From the human T2T-CHM13v2.0 reference genome, Homo sapiens, in the NCBI RefSeq assembly GCF_009914755.1, contig NC_060930.1: DNA of 64,000 bases. The stretch is one strand, 5' to 3'. Each line of letters begins with the position of its first letter. The stretch's first letter is position 1. The notes under the pieces were generated by a model that made no database searches, was not told where the DNA came from, and was given only the letters and a program-made list of their open reading frames with translations. Both the position numbers and the translations under genes were made by a program. Below, in pieces: positions 46,138 to 59,862 of the stretch.

Positions 46138-46588
46138 TGTTACTGAAACACCAGGGCTTCTGTCTAGGTCCTGCTGCTTGCCACAGAGAAAGTCAATCAC
46201 TGAGACCATGAGTATTGCCAAGGAAGAAGATTTTAATTGGGTGCTGCAGCCAAGGAGATGAGAGCTCAGTCTCAAATCCATCTCTCTGACTGACTGAAAC
46301 TAGGGGTTTATATAGCAAGGAAGAAATGTAACAATGTGTAAGAAAGCAAGAATTAGAGAGGGGCAAGGAAGCAATCATGACAAATGAAGCATCTGGCATC
46401 TTATTGTCTGGATGTAGTGATCTGGTGAGTTTCAGTTCTTTAATACTTTTTGTGAGAGGCCTGAAGGTCATTTCCTGAGGAAGGAACTCAGACAAAAATA
46501 AATACAAGTTTCAAGCTTTAAGACCAGAAGGATCAATTTTTATGTCTATCAAAAAAGAACTATCTATGAGACTATTGGGTCAGTTTCA
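46138..46588 (-). mobile_element. LTR26-like ERV1 solo LTR
   Basis: TG...CA ends, 4-bp TSD ACTT; minus strand begins TGAAACTGACCCAATAGTC. Confidence 0.8.
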
Positions 46589-46817
46589 ACTTCATCTATA
46601 AGGATGCATACACACTGACAATAAAGGGATGGAAAAAGATATTCAATGCCAATGGAAACCAAAAAAGATGAGGAGTCACTATAGTTATATCAGACAAAAT
46701 AGATTTCAAAACAGAAACTATAAGAAGAGACAAAGAAGGTCATTATATAATGATTAAAGGGGTCAATTCAGCAAGAGGATATAACAATTGTAAATATATA
46801 TGCACCCAACACTGGAG

Positions 46818-47517
46818 TGTGTTCGGAATTTATTCCTTCCGGTAGGTTCTTGGTCTCCCTGACTTCAGGAATGAAGCCATGGACCTTCACAGTGAGTGTT
46901 ACAGTTCTTAAAGATGGTGTGTCCGGAGTTTGTTACTTCAGATGTTCAGATGTGTCTGGAGTTTCTTACTTCTGGTGGGTTCGTGGTCTTGCTGACTTCA
47001 GGAGCGAAGCCATGGACTTGGTGGCGAGTGTTACAGCTCTTAATGGTGGTGTGGACCCAAAGAGTGAGCAACAGCAAGATTTATTGTGAAGAGCAAAAGA
47101 ACAAAGTGTCCACAGTATGGAAGGGGACCCGAGGAGGTTGCCACTGCTGGCTCGGGTGGCCAGCTTTTATTCCCTTATTTGTCCGCACCCACATCCTGCT
47201 GACTGGTACATTTTACAGAGTGCTGATTGGTCCATTTTACAGGGTGCTGATTGGTGTGTTTACAATCCTTTAGCTAGACACATAGTGCTGACTGGTGCAT
47301 TTTTACAGAGTGCTGATAGTGCTAATTGGTGTGTTTACAATCCTTTAGCTAGACACAGAGTGCTGATCGGTGCATTTTTACAGAGTGCTGATTGGTGTGT
47401 TTACAATCCTTTAGCTAGACACAGAGTGCTGATTGGTGGGTTTATAATCCTCTAGCTAGGCAGAAAAGTTCTCCAAGTACCCACCTGACCCAGAAGCCCA
47501 GCTGGCTTCACCTCTCA
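46818..47517 (-). mobile_element. LTR12 (ERV9) solo LTR with tandem CCAAT repeats
   Basis: Minus strand begins TGAGAGGTGAAGCCAGCTGGGCTTCTGGG; repeated GCTGATTGG units; 4-bp TSD GGAG. Confidence 0.9.
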
Positions 47518-47968
47518 GGAGCACACAGATATATAAAACAAATATTATTACAGCTAAGGAGAGAGATAGACCTCAATACAGTAATAGCTGGAGACTTCAA
47601 CACCCCACTTTCAGCATTGGACAGATCATCCAGACAGAAAATCAACAAAGAAACATCAGATTTAATCTGCACTATAGACCAAATGGACCTAATAGATATT
47701 TACAGCACATTTCCTCCAATGGCTGCAGAATACGTATTCTTCTCTTCAGCACATGGATCATTCTCAAGGATAGACCATATGTTAGACAACAAAAAAGCCT
47801 TAAAACATTCAAAAAAATTGAAATGATATCAAATATCTTCTCTGGCTAAAATGGAATAAAACCACAAATCAATAACAAAAGGAATTCTAAAGACCATACA
47901 AACACATGGAAATTAAACATGTTTCTGAATGACCAGTGGGCCAATGAAGGGCCTAAGAAGGAAATTGA

Positions 47969-48400
<432 letters not shown>

Positions 48401-51078
48401 CTAATAATATGTCTTATACAACTAGAAAAGCAAAAGCAAACCAAACTCAAAATTATTAGGAAAAAAAGGAAATAATAAAGATCAGAGCAGAAATAAGTGA
48501 AATTGAAACAAAAAATACAAAAAAACAAAGAAACAAACAGTTGGTTTTTTAAAAAGATTAACAAAATAGACAAACTATTAGTCAAACTAAGAAAAGGGAG
48601 AGAAGATCCAAATAACATCAGAGATGAAAAAGGAGACATTACAACTGATGTCAGAGAAATTCAAAAGATCGTTAGAGGCTACTGTGTGCAATTATATGCC
48701 AATAAACTGGAAAACCTAGAAGAAATTGATAAATCCCTAACCACATACAACCTACCAAGATTGAACCAAGCATAAATCCAAAACCTGATCAGACTAATAA
48801 CAAGTAATGAGATAAAACCTGTAATAAAAATTCTCCCAGCAAAGGAAAATCCAGGATGTGATGACTTCACTGCTCGATTTTACCAAACATTTAAAGAAGA
48901 ACTAATACCAATTCTAGTTAAACTATACCAAAATATAGAGGAGGAGGAAATACTTCCACATTTATTCTGTGAAGCCAGTATTACCCCCCAGACAAAGATA
49001 TCAAAAATAGAAGACTACAGACCAATATCCCTAATGAACATTGATGGAAAAGTCCTCAGCAAAATACTAGCAAGCCACATTCAAGAACACAATAAAGATT
49101 ACTCATCATGACTAAGTGGGATTTATCCCTGGGATGCTAGAATGGCTCAACATTATGCAAATCAATGAATAGGGTACATTATGTCAACAGAATAAAGGAC
49201 AAAAACCATATGGTCACTTCAGTTGATGCTGAAAAGCACTTGATAAAATTCAACATCCCTTCATGATTGATAACCCTAAAAAAAATGGGTATAGAAGTAC
49301 ATACCTCAACACAATAAAAGCCACATGACAGACCCACAGCTAGTATCATAATGAGTGGGGAAAAACTGAAAGTCTTTCCTCTAAGATCTTGAACCCAACA
49401 AGGATACCCACTTTCACCAATGTTATTTAACATAGTGCTGGAAGTCCTAGCTAGAGCAATCAGACAAAAGAAAGAAAGAAAGGGCACTCAAATCAGAAAA
49501 GAAGTCACATTATCCTTGTTTATAGATAATATGATCTTATATTTGGAATAACCTGAATACTGCACCAAAAAACTATTAGAACTGATACACAAATACAATC
49601 AAGTCAAGGATACAAAATCAACAAATAAAAATCAGTAGCATTTCTATATGCCATCAGTGAACAATCAGAAAAAGACATTAAGAAAGTAATTCTATTAACA
49701 ATTGCTACAAATAAAATAAAATACCTAGGAATAAACTTAACCAAAGAAATAAAAGATCTCTACAGTGAAAACTATAAAACATGATGCAAGACATTGAAGA
49801 GGACACAAAAAAGTGAAAAGATATTCCATGTTTATGGATTGGAAGAATAAATATTGTTAAAATATCCATACTACACAAAGCAATCTATGGCTATAAGGCA
49901 ATCCCTATCAAAATACCAATGACATTGTGCACAGAAATGGAAAAAATAATCTTAAAATTTACATGGAACCACAAAAGACCTAGAGTAGTCAAAGCCATTC
50001 TGAGCAATAAGAACAAAACTGGACGAATAACATTACTTGATTTCAAGTTATATTACAGAACTATAGTAACCAAAACAGCATGGTGCTGGCATAAAAACAG
50101 ACACATAGACCAATGAAACAAAATAGAAAACCCAGAAATAAATCCGTACGTCTACCATGAACTTATTTTTGACAAAAGTGCTGAGAACATACATGAGGAA
50201 AGAACAATATCTTCAATAAATGCTGCCGGGAGAACTGGCAGCATTCCATATGCAGAAGAATGAAATAGACCCCTATGTATCACCATATACAAAAGTCAAA
50301 TGAAAGTGGATTAAAGACTTAAATCTAAGACCTCAAACTATGAAACTACAACAAGAAAACATTGGGGAAACTCTCCAAGACATTAGTCTGGACAAAGATT
50401 TCTTGAGAAATACTCCACAAGCACAGGCAACCAAAAGTGAACAAATTGGATCTTGTCACATTAAAAAGCTTCTTCACAGCAAAGGAAACAATCAACAAAG
50501 TGAAGAGATAACCCACAGAATGGGTGAAAATATTTGCAAACTACTCATCTGACAATAGAATAATAACCAGAATATATAAGGAGCTCAAACAACTCTATTG
50601 GAAAAAAATCTAATAATCTGATTTTAAAACAGGCAAAAGATTTGAATACACATTTCTCAAAAGAAGACATAAAAATGGTATATGAAAAGGTCTTCAATAT
50701 CACTGATCATCAGATAAGTGCAAATCAAAACTACAATGAGATATCATCTTACCCAAGTTAAAATGGCATTTATCCAAAAGATAGGCAATAACAAATGCTG
50801 GTGAAGAATTGGAGAAAATGGAATCCTTGTACACTGTTGGTGGGAATGTAAGTTAGTACAACCACTATGGAGAACAGTTTGGAGGTTCCTCAGAAAACTG
50901 AAAATAGAACTATTATATGATTCAGCAATCCCTCTGCTAAGTATATACTCAAAGGAAAGAAAATCAATATATTGAAGAGACATCTGCACTCCCATGTTTA
51001 TTGCAGCACAATTATAGCTAAGATTTGGAAGCAACCTAAGTGTTCATCAACAAATGAATTGATAAGGAAAATGTGGTA

Positions 51079-51809
51079 GCAAAGAGATACCATCTCACAC
51101 CAGTCAGAACAGTGATTATTAAAAAGTCAAGAAACAACAGATGCTGGCGAGGATGTGGAGAAATAGGAATGCTTTTACACTGTTAGTGGGAATGTAAATT
51201 ACTTTAACATTGTGGAATATGGTGTGGCAATTCCTCAAAGATCGAGAAGCAGAAATACCATTTGACCCAGCAATCCCATTACTGGGTATATACCCAAAGC
51301 AATCTAAATTATCCTATTATAAAGATACATGCATGTGTATGTTCACTGCAGCACTATTCACAACAGCAAAAACATGAAATCAACCCAAATCCCCATCAAT
51401 GATACACTGGTAAAGAAAACGTGGTACATATAACCATGGAATACTATGCAGCCATAAAAAAGGAATGAGATCATGTCCTTTGCAGGGACATGGATGGAGC
51501 TGGAAGCCATTATCCTCAGCAAATGAACCCAGGAACAGAAAACCAAACACCACATGCTCTCACTTATAAGTGGTAGCTGAACAATAGAACACATGGACAC
51601 AGGGAGAGTAACAACACACACTGGGGCCTGCGGGGGGAGTGGAAGGAGGCAGGAAGAGCATTAGAAAAAAATAGCTAATGCTTGCGGAGCTTAATAACTA
51701 GGTGATGGCTTGATAGGTGCAGCAAATCACCATGGCACACGTTTACCTATGTAACAAACCTGCACATCCTGCACATGTACCCTGGAACTTAAAATAAAAA
51801 TAAAAATTA
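51079..51809 (+). mobile_element. 5'-truncated L1PA inserted into the L1MA 3' region
   Basis: Primate L1 3' UTR with tail; degraded TSD AAGGAAAATGTGGTA / AAAGAAAATGTAGTG. Confidence 0.85.
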
Positions 51810-52365
51810 AAAGAAAATGTAGTGCATATGTACAATCAAGTACTGTTCAACCATAAAAAAGAATGAGATCCTGTCATTTTCAACAACATGAATGGAACTG
51901 GAGATCATTATGTTAAGTGAAATAAGCCAGGCACAGGAAGACAAACTTCACACAGTCTCACTTATTTGTAGGAGCTAAAATTTAAAACAATGAATTCATG
52001 GAGGTAGAGAGTAGAATGATGGCTACCAGAGGCTGGGAAGGGTAGTTGCAGGGGGTGGAGAGAATGGGGATGGTTAATGGGTACAAAAGTATAGTTAGAT
52101 AGAAAAAATAAGATATTGCATTTGATATCACAACAGGGTGACTATAGTCAACAATAATTTATTCTAAATTTTAAAATAACAGAGTACAATTGGACTTTTT
52201 GTAACACAAAGAAAGAATAAATGCTGAGGTATTAAATACTCCATTACCTTGATGTGATGATTACTTGTTGTATGCCTGTATCAAAATATCTCATATACCC
52301 CCTAAATATATGCATCTACTATGTACCCACAAAAAATTTAAAATTTTTAAAAATTAAACTCTTCT

Positions 52366-52651
<286 letters not shown>

Positions 52652-53763
52652 AAAATTAAACTCTTCTACTTGTCAAAAAGCAACATTAAAAAATACAAAG
52701 GCAAACCACAGAATGGAAGAAATGTTCACAAAACATTGTGACAACAAAAGACTTGTATCCAGAGTATATAAACATCTCCTAAAACTCTATGCACTGTTTT
52801 GAGATTATAAAATGGTAATGTTTTCTTGTTATTATGAATATAATAACCTTGTAATAATCACATGTCATATTCCAATCACAATTTAAATAAATAAAAAAAG
52901 AAAAAGAGAATAAAGAATCCCACGCTGCAGTATCTCCTCTACATCCTCCCACTGCTTCTACTGAAGATCTAATTGGGAAACAGAGTATCCACCCTTCCTT
53001 TTCCCTGGAGAGGCAAAGAAAAGTATTTTCAAAGACTGAGAAAGTAAATTTAACAAACAGAAAGATAAAATTACTAATATGAGGGCAAGTTGACATTCCT
53101 GAAATAATAAAAAAAAGAAGAAATTGGTACATGGTACATATTGAAGACTTCTTTAAATAATTGGAAGTAATTTGGGCAAAATGAGAACAATCAAAGAAGA
53201 GACGAAAGAATATTTATGGTGAATTAACAATTATTGAAAACCAATAGATTAGCTAAATTGGTGAAATTAAAAATGAACTGAGCATGCCATGTACATCAAT
53301 GTCCAAAAGCAGCCATTCTCTGTGGGGAAAGGTGAGTGTTGGCTCTTCCTAGAGACAAGAGGTCCTTCATAATTAGGTTCACAGGCACTAATTTTAGAGT
53401 ATAAAATGCAGCTTGCTGATTAACACATGAAACAGAATTCCAGGCTGAATTATTATTTACATTTAAAAGCACCTTTTTAAACCTCTTAAATTAAAATAAA
53501 TGTATAGTTTATTAAAATATTATAAGATGATCACCCCTGCAAACCACTACCCAGATCAAGAAGTATAACTTGACAAAACACAGAAGCTGTGTCTCAATCA
53601 CAATCGTGTCTCCTCCTCTAAAAATAACCACTCTCCTTATGTTTAAGCTTCCTTGAAAGTTACATCACTCAAATATATACCCCTGATAATGATAGTTTTG
53701 GTTTGCTTGTTTTTATTTTTATGTGTCTTTTGAGTCCCTTTTAGTCTATACGCCACACTTCTT

Positions 53764-55584
53764 TTTATTTTTTTTTTTTAATTTATTTTTTTATTGATAA
53801 TTCTTGGGTGTTTCTCACAGAGGGGGATTTGGCAGGGTCATGGGACAATAGTGGAGGGAAGGTCAGCAGATAAACAAGTGAACAAAGGTCTCTGGTTTTC
53901 CTAGGCAGAGGACCCTGCGGCCTTCCGCAGTGTTTGTGTCCCTGATTACTTGAGATTAGGGATTGGTGATGACTCTTAACGAGCATGCTGCCTTCAAGCA
54001 TCTGTTTAACAAAGCACATCTTGCACCGCCCTTAATCCGTTTAACCCTGAGTGGACACAGCACATGTTTCAGAGAGCACAGGGTTGGGGGCAAGGTCACA
54101 GATCAACAGGATCCCACGGCAGAGGAATTTTTCTTAGTGCAGAACAAAATGAAAAGTCTCCCATGTCTACTTCTCTCCACACAGACACGGCAACCATCCG
54201 ATTTCTCAATCTTTTCCCCACCTTTCCCGCCTTTCTATTCCACAAAGCCGCCATTGTCATCCTGGCCCGTTCTCAATGAGCTGTTGGGCACACCTCCCAG
54301 ACGGGGTGGTGGCCGGGCAGAGGGGCTCCTCACTTCCCAGTAGGGGCGGCCGGGCAGAGGCGCCCCTCACCTCCCGGACGGGGCGGCTGGCCGGGCGGGG
54401 GGCCGACCCCCCAACCTCCCTCCCGGACAGGGCGGCTGGCCGGGCAGAGGGGCTCCTCACTTCCCAGTAGGGGCGGCTGGCCGGGCAGGGGGGCTGACCT
54501 CCCCCACCTCCCTCCCGGACGGGGCGGCTGGCCGGGCGGGGGGACTGACCCCCCCCCACCTCCCTCCCGGACGGGGCGGCTGGCCGGGCGGGGGGCCGAC
54601 CTCCCCACCTCCCTCCCGGACGGGGCGGCTGGCCGGGCAGAGGGGCTCCTCACTTCCCAGTAGGGGCGGCCGGGCAGAGGCGCCCCTCACCTCCCAGACG
54701 GGGTGGCTGGCCGGGCGGAGGGCTGACCCCCCCACCTCCCTCCCGGACGGGGTGGCTGGCCAGGCGGGGGGCTGACCCCCCCACCTCCCTCCCGGACGGG
54801 GTGGCTGGCCGGGCTGAGGGGCTCCTCACTTCCCAGTAGGGGCGGCCGGGCAGAGGCGCCCCTCACCTCCCGGACGGGGCGGCTGGCCGGGCGGGGGGCC
54901 GACCCCCCCACCTCCCTCCCGGATGGGGTGGCTGGCCGGGCTGAGGGGCTCCTCACTTCTCAGTAGGGGCGGCCGGGCAGAGGTGCCCCTCACCTCCCGG
55001 ACGGGGCGGCTGGCCGGGCGGGGGGGCTGACCCCCCCCACCTCCCTCCCGGACGGGGCGGCTGGCCGGGCGGGGGGCTGACCCCCCCATCTCCCTCCCGG
55101 ACGGGGTGGCTGGCCGGGCTGAGGGGCTCCTCACTTCCCAGTAGGGGCGACCGGGCAGAGACGCTCCTCACCTCCCAGACGGGGTCTCGGCCGGGCAGAG
55201 GCGCTCCTCACATCCCAGATGGGGCGGCGGGGCAGAGGCGCTCCCCACATCTCAGACGATGGGCGGCCGGGCAGAGACGCTCCTCACTTCCTAGATGTGA
55301 TGGCGGCTGGGAAGAGGCGCTCCTCACTTCCTAGATGGGATGGCGGCCGGGCGGAGACGCTCCTCACTTTCCAGACTGGGCAGCCAGGCAGAGGGGCTCC
55401 TCACATCCCAGACGATGGGCGGCCAGGCAGAGACACTCCTCACTTCCCAGACGGGGTGGCGGCCGGGCAGAGGCTGCAATCTCGGCACTTTGGGAGGCCA
55501 AGGCAGGCGGCTGCTCCTTGCCCTCGGGCCCCGCGGGGCCCGTCCGCTCCTCCAGCCGCTGCCTCCCGGGCGGCGCTCGCCGGC
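53764..55584 (-). mobile_element. SVA_F1 retrotransposon (MAST2 exon 1 / SVA_F chimera), antisense to HTR1E
   Basis: Poly(T) plus SINE-R (~53764-54290), GC-rich VNTR (~54290-55470) and partial Alu-like domain, with no CCCTCT hexamer. The 5' end is MAST2-derived. Perfect 18-bp TSD CTATACGCCACACTTCTT at 53746-53763 and 55585-55602. Confidence 0.95.
55511..55584 (-). other. MAST2: 74-bp transduced MAST2 exon 1 3' end at the SVA 5' end
   Basis: Minus-strand translation RRAPPGRQRLEERTGPAGPEGKEQ matches the MAST2 N-terminus; joined at ...GAGCAG|CCGCCTGCC, the SVA Alu-like splice acceptor position. Confidence 0.92.
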
Positions 55585-57023
55585 CTATACGCCACACTTC
55601 TTATCGCCCTCCTTGTCTGCAATTTATTTAAGAAACTGGGTGATTTAACCCGTGAATTTTTTTACAGTTTGGATTCCAATGATTGCATAATCAAAAGGTA
55701 GTTTAACATGTTTCTTGATTCTCTGTGGTTTCTTTAAAGTAGTTATTGGTCTAAGATGCTTAAACTTTTAATACATTGACTTTAGACAGCTTCAACTCCA
55801 TTTGCAATAGCTACTATGTGACCTCTGAATTTTTGGTAGGCAAGAGGTAAAGCAATTGCAGCCCAGAACATCATGTGGAGCCAGGAAATGCTGCTAGGAG
55901 AGAGGGTGGCTAAGCTGACAGAGTTGAGGGCAGTTTTCCTGGATCAGTTTAGAGGCCATGTGCAAAACAGAAACCTTGCAGCAGGAGGGAATGACTTATC
56001 AAAGGGAAGTGGTATCTGGAAGTGTCTAGGAATGGACAGAAGTCAGTACTTAACACAGGTTGACTGGGAAAATGCTGGGAAGTAAATAGAGAAAGGCAAG
56101 TATACCCTGGGTTCCTTCAAAGCAGTTCAGGAAAATATTCTCTAAATGATGGTGGTTACATGCAACGTAAATGAGTTGATCAGGAATGCTCCAGGTCCAC
56201 CAGCATGTTAAACTTTTAATGGTTGAGACGTTATATAATATTTTCTGGTAATTCAAAGTCTTAGCAAAACTTTGTGGTAAGGATATTTGTCCCATATTTC
56301 AGATAACTCTAAGAATGCTAGGAAAGGGGAATATGTCAACAAGAAATGTTACATGTATGGCTGGATGCTATTTTCTATTTTTTCCCTTTCCTTCAGTCAA
56401 GCATGTGGCCTGGTTTATGCTTCCTTACCTCACAGATATTTCAGAAAGCGGAAGTATCAGACAGTAATCCCTATTTATGTTCTCAAAAGCCAAGCCCATA
56501 GGAGATTTATTAATAAAAGATTTGTAAATAAGTAAAAAAGGAAAAGAGAGCTTTTAATAGGTGGCTGAAAGGGTTAGAAAAAAAAATGAAGGAAGAAAGG
56601 AATTTCTCCAATGGTCTACATACCTTTCCCGCGCAAAATGGAGGAACAGAAAAGATCCTGGGGGTCTAAGACTTGGGCCAGAAGTTCTGGAAGTGCCTTG
56701 AAGAGTCTATAATATTTTAAAAAGGGATACATGCATGGTGTGGCTAGGGACTTAGGGGCTAGGCATGGGGTTCCCAACCTTAGGACATTTCCTAAGCGTG
56801 TTACGGAAGCAGTCTGGGGATCTGAAAGAACTGTAGGAGTGGGGGACAGTAAATATCTTACCAGGGACTTTCTCTGTGCATGCAACATCTGAAACCCCTC
56901 TCCCCAACCAAACCTCAATGCCTTGGCCCTAAATAATCCTCCAGAGACTTGGGGGTGTGGTTGGGGTTAGAGAAAGTCTCAAGCATGAGAAGTGAGAAGC
57001 TTAGAAGCAGCAATTAGGTTGAC

Positions 57024-57290
57024 ACATGTTCTCACTTATAACCGGGAGCTAAATATTGAATAACACATGAACACAAAGAAGGGAGCAATAGATACCAGAG
57101 CCTACATGAGGGTAGAGGGTGAGTGGAGGGTGAGATTTGAAAAACTACCTTTTGGGTACTATGCTTATTACCTAGGTGGTGAAATAAGCTGTACACCAAA
57201 CCCTGCAACACACAGTTTACCCATGAAACAAATCTGCACTTGTACCCTCAAAACCTAAAATAAAAGTTGGAAAGAAAAAAAAGAAAGAAC
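57024..57290 (+). mobile_element. L1PA (older) 3' end
   Basis: CATGTTCTCACTTATAA...CCTAAAATAAAAGTTGG plus A tail; TSD AATTAGGTTGAC / AATTAAGTTGAC. Confidence 0.82.
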
Positions 57291-57404
57291 AAAATTAAGT
57301 TGACTTATTTTTAATAGGCTTTTATTACACATCAGAGTTTGTGGGATGAAATCTGTCTCCATTACCCAATGCAAAAATCACTGGGAAAATTAGTATAACA
57401 AATG

Positions 57405-57640
57405 ACCGCAAACACTTACATAGTACTTACTATGTATTAGGCGTTGTTCTCAGCTTCTACGTGTATTAACACATTTGATCTTCACACTACTTACTTTAGA
57501 GAAAGATGTCATTATTCCTGATTTAAAGAGGAGGAAATTGAAGCAGGCTAACGTTAAAGAACATGCTTAGGATTACACTGCAGCTGACAAGTGGCAGGGT
57601 CAGCATTCAGAGTCCATGTGGGTAGTCACCACTCCAAGCT
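57405..57640 (-). mobile_element. MIR SINE
   Basis: ACTTACTATGTATTAGGC...AGAGGAGGAAATTGAAGCA...CAAGTGGCAG. Confidence 0.65.
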
Positions 57641-58496
57641 TTCTCTCCAAAACCGCTGACTCAGGCACACTTTTTAGGTTAAAGTAAATCAGGACTTATG
57701 AAGTGAAATGTCAGTTTTCTAATGGAGGAACCAGATCCAAAATATAAAACCCTCTTTAAGATAATTTTTAAGATGAGCAGGTGCCAGCTGACTCCTCCTT
57801 CTTGATAATGCTTAGGTGCTTTGGAAACTCTTCCTGGATGAGAAAGAGATTCTTGTCCCTCTTCATCTGCTGCAAAGGACAAAGCCCCAGAAGAATAATA
57901 TGCCAAAGTCGGCCTTAACATCTATCATCCCTATAACCTCATCTCCCTGGTGCTCTGACCTTCACTGGGATGGTATAAAGCAGAGGCTCTAGAGTATCCC
58001 TGGAAATGAGGAGCAGCGTACACTAACCAGTTTGGTTTAGAGTAATTCTCTCCTATTTGTAATTTTTATGAAAAACAATTTAAATATGGCCTTGGACTCA
58101 TGATATTTTTTATGTCACAATAAAGTGGAAATTTAAAGTTACAAATCCCCAAAAAGGTCCTCCATCAACTCCTCATAGGATGTATCCATTTTTAGCTCTG
58201 ATTATTGCAGTTAACTTTCCAAAGTGCTGGGATTACAGGTGTGAGCCACCACGCCAGCATATTTACTGTGAAAGTTTAAAATCTGATTTGAAAGCTGCTT
58301 ATTATAAGCAATATAATTTTTTCTTTAACGGCCCCAGAATGTTTAATGTTACATAATATGAATATATATTTTCAAATGTAAAAAAAAGCCTTTTTATATA
58401 TAAACATGTATAAAAGAATAAATATAAATAAGAAATTAATTGGGGTGGCAAAGTACATTTAAAATTTTGTGATGTTTTTGTCAAAAACGATTTGAA

Positions 58497-58965
58497 CAAA
58501 TTTATAGGAAAAAAACAAACAACCCCATCAAAAAGTGGGCGAAGGATATGAACAGCCACTTCTCAAAAGAAAACATTTATGCAACCAACAAACATATGAA
58601 AAAAAGCTCATCATCACTGTCATTAGAGAAATGCAAATCAAAACCACAATGAGATACCATTTCACGCCAGTTAGAATGGTGATCATTAAAAAGCCATCAT
58701 TCTGAGCAAACTATCGCAAGGACAGAAAACCAGACACCACATGTTCTCACTCATAGGTGGGAATTGAACAATGAGAACACCTGGACACAGGGCAGGGAAC
58801 ACCACACACCCGGGCCTGTCGTGGGGTCGGGGGACGGGGGAGTGATAGCATTAGGAGAAATACCTAATGTAAATGACGAGTTAAAGGATGCAGCAAACCA
58901 ACACGGCACATGTATACATATGTAACAAACCTGCATGTTGTGCACCTGTACCCTAGAACTTAAAG

Positions 58966-59006
<41 letters not shown>

Positions 59007-59671
59007 GGCAGGAAGCAACAGATGCTGGAAAGGATGTGAAGAAATAGGAATGCTTTTACACTGTTGGTGGGAGTGTAAATTAGATCAACCATTGTGGAAG
59101 ACAGTATGGCGATTCCTCAAGGTTCCAGAACCAGAAATAACATTTGACTCAGCAATCCTATTACTGGGTATATACCCAAAGGATTTTAAATTATTCTACT
59201 CTAAAGACACATGGACATGTATGTTTATTGCAGCACTATTCACAATAGCAAAGACTTGGAACCAACCCAAATGCCCATCAGTGATAGACTGGATAAAGAA
59301 AATGTGGCACATATACATCATGGAATACTATGCAGCCATAAAAAAGGATGAGTTCATGTCCTTTGCAGGGACATGGATGAGTTGGAAACCATATTCTCAA
59401 CAAACTAACACAGGAACAGAAAACCAAACACCACATGCTCTCACTCACGAGTGGGAGTTGAACAATGAGAACACATGGGCACAGGGCCGGGAACATGACA
59501 CACCAGGGCCTGTTGGGGGGTGGAGGGCTAGGGGAGGGATGGCATTAGGAGAAGTACCTAATGTAGATGATTGGTTGTTGGGTGCAGCAAACCACCATGG
59601 CACATGTATACCTATGTAGCAAACCTGCAAGTTCTGCACATGTATCCCAGAACTTAAAGTATAATTTAAAA
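58497..59671 (+). mobile_element. L1PA 3' end containing a nested younger L1PA 3' fragment (58694-59006) with a (TAA)13 tail
   Basis: Two consecutive L1 3' UTRs; outer TSD-like AAAAACGATTTGAA (58483) / AAAAACAGTTTGAA (59672). Confidence 0.88.
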
Positions 59672-59833
59672 AAAAACAGTTTGAAAACTTCCCTGAAGTA
59701 AAAAAAGTATCCTTTGAGGAACAATGTAACGATGAGCTCAAGTTCCACAGGAAAGAGAAAATTAAAATTTATAAAGAATTTATAAATATCAAACTATTTT
59801 CATGTTTTCCAGGAAAAGTGTGGCTTTCTCATT

Positions 59834-59862
59834 CATTAACCAATAGCATAATATTTTCCAGG
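59834..59862 (+). promoter_or_regulatory. HTR1E: Branch point and 3' splice acceptor of the HTR1E coding exon (exon starts ~59862, c.-185)
   Basis: CATTAAC branch-like motif at 59834-59840, followed by ATATTTTCCAG|GAACC. Consistent with my recollection that HTR1E has a non-coding first exon and a long 5'-UTR intron. Confidence 0.75.

Noticed and set aside
47200-47460. Regularly spaced direct repeats resembling a CRISPR-like array
   Set aside because: Internal tandem CCAAT units of LTR12; spacers are not unique and the DNA is human
53783-55701. Cluster of GC-rich ORFs up to 160 aa, including the MAST2-SVA in-frame ORF 55364-55597
   Set aside because: These are products of the stop-poor SVA VNTR; the MAST2-frame ORF starts at a GTG inside the TSD, not an ATG, so there is no evidence of a real protein
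58219-58258. Isolated 40-bp antisense Alu 5' fragment
   Set aside because: Could be another templated insert, but I could not match private variants to a nearby Alu; equally a deletion remnant
59050-59619. 189-aa ORF
   Set aside because: C-terminal L1 ORF2 remnant running into the L1 3' UTR by frameshift
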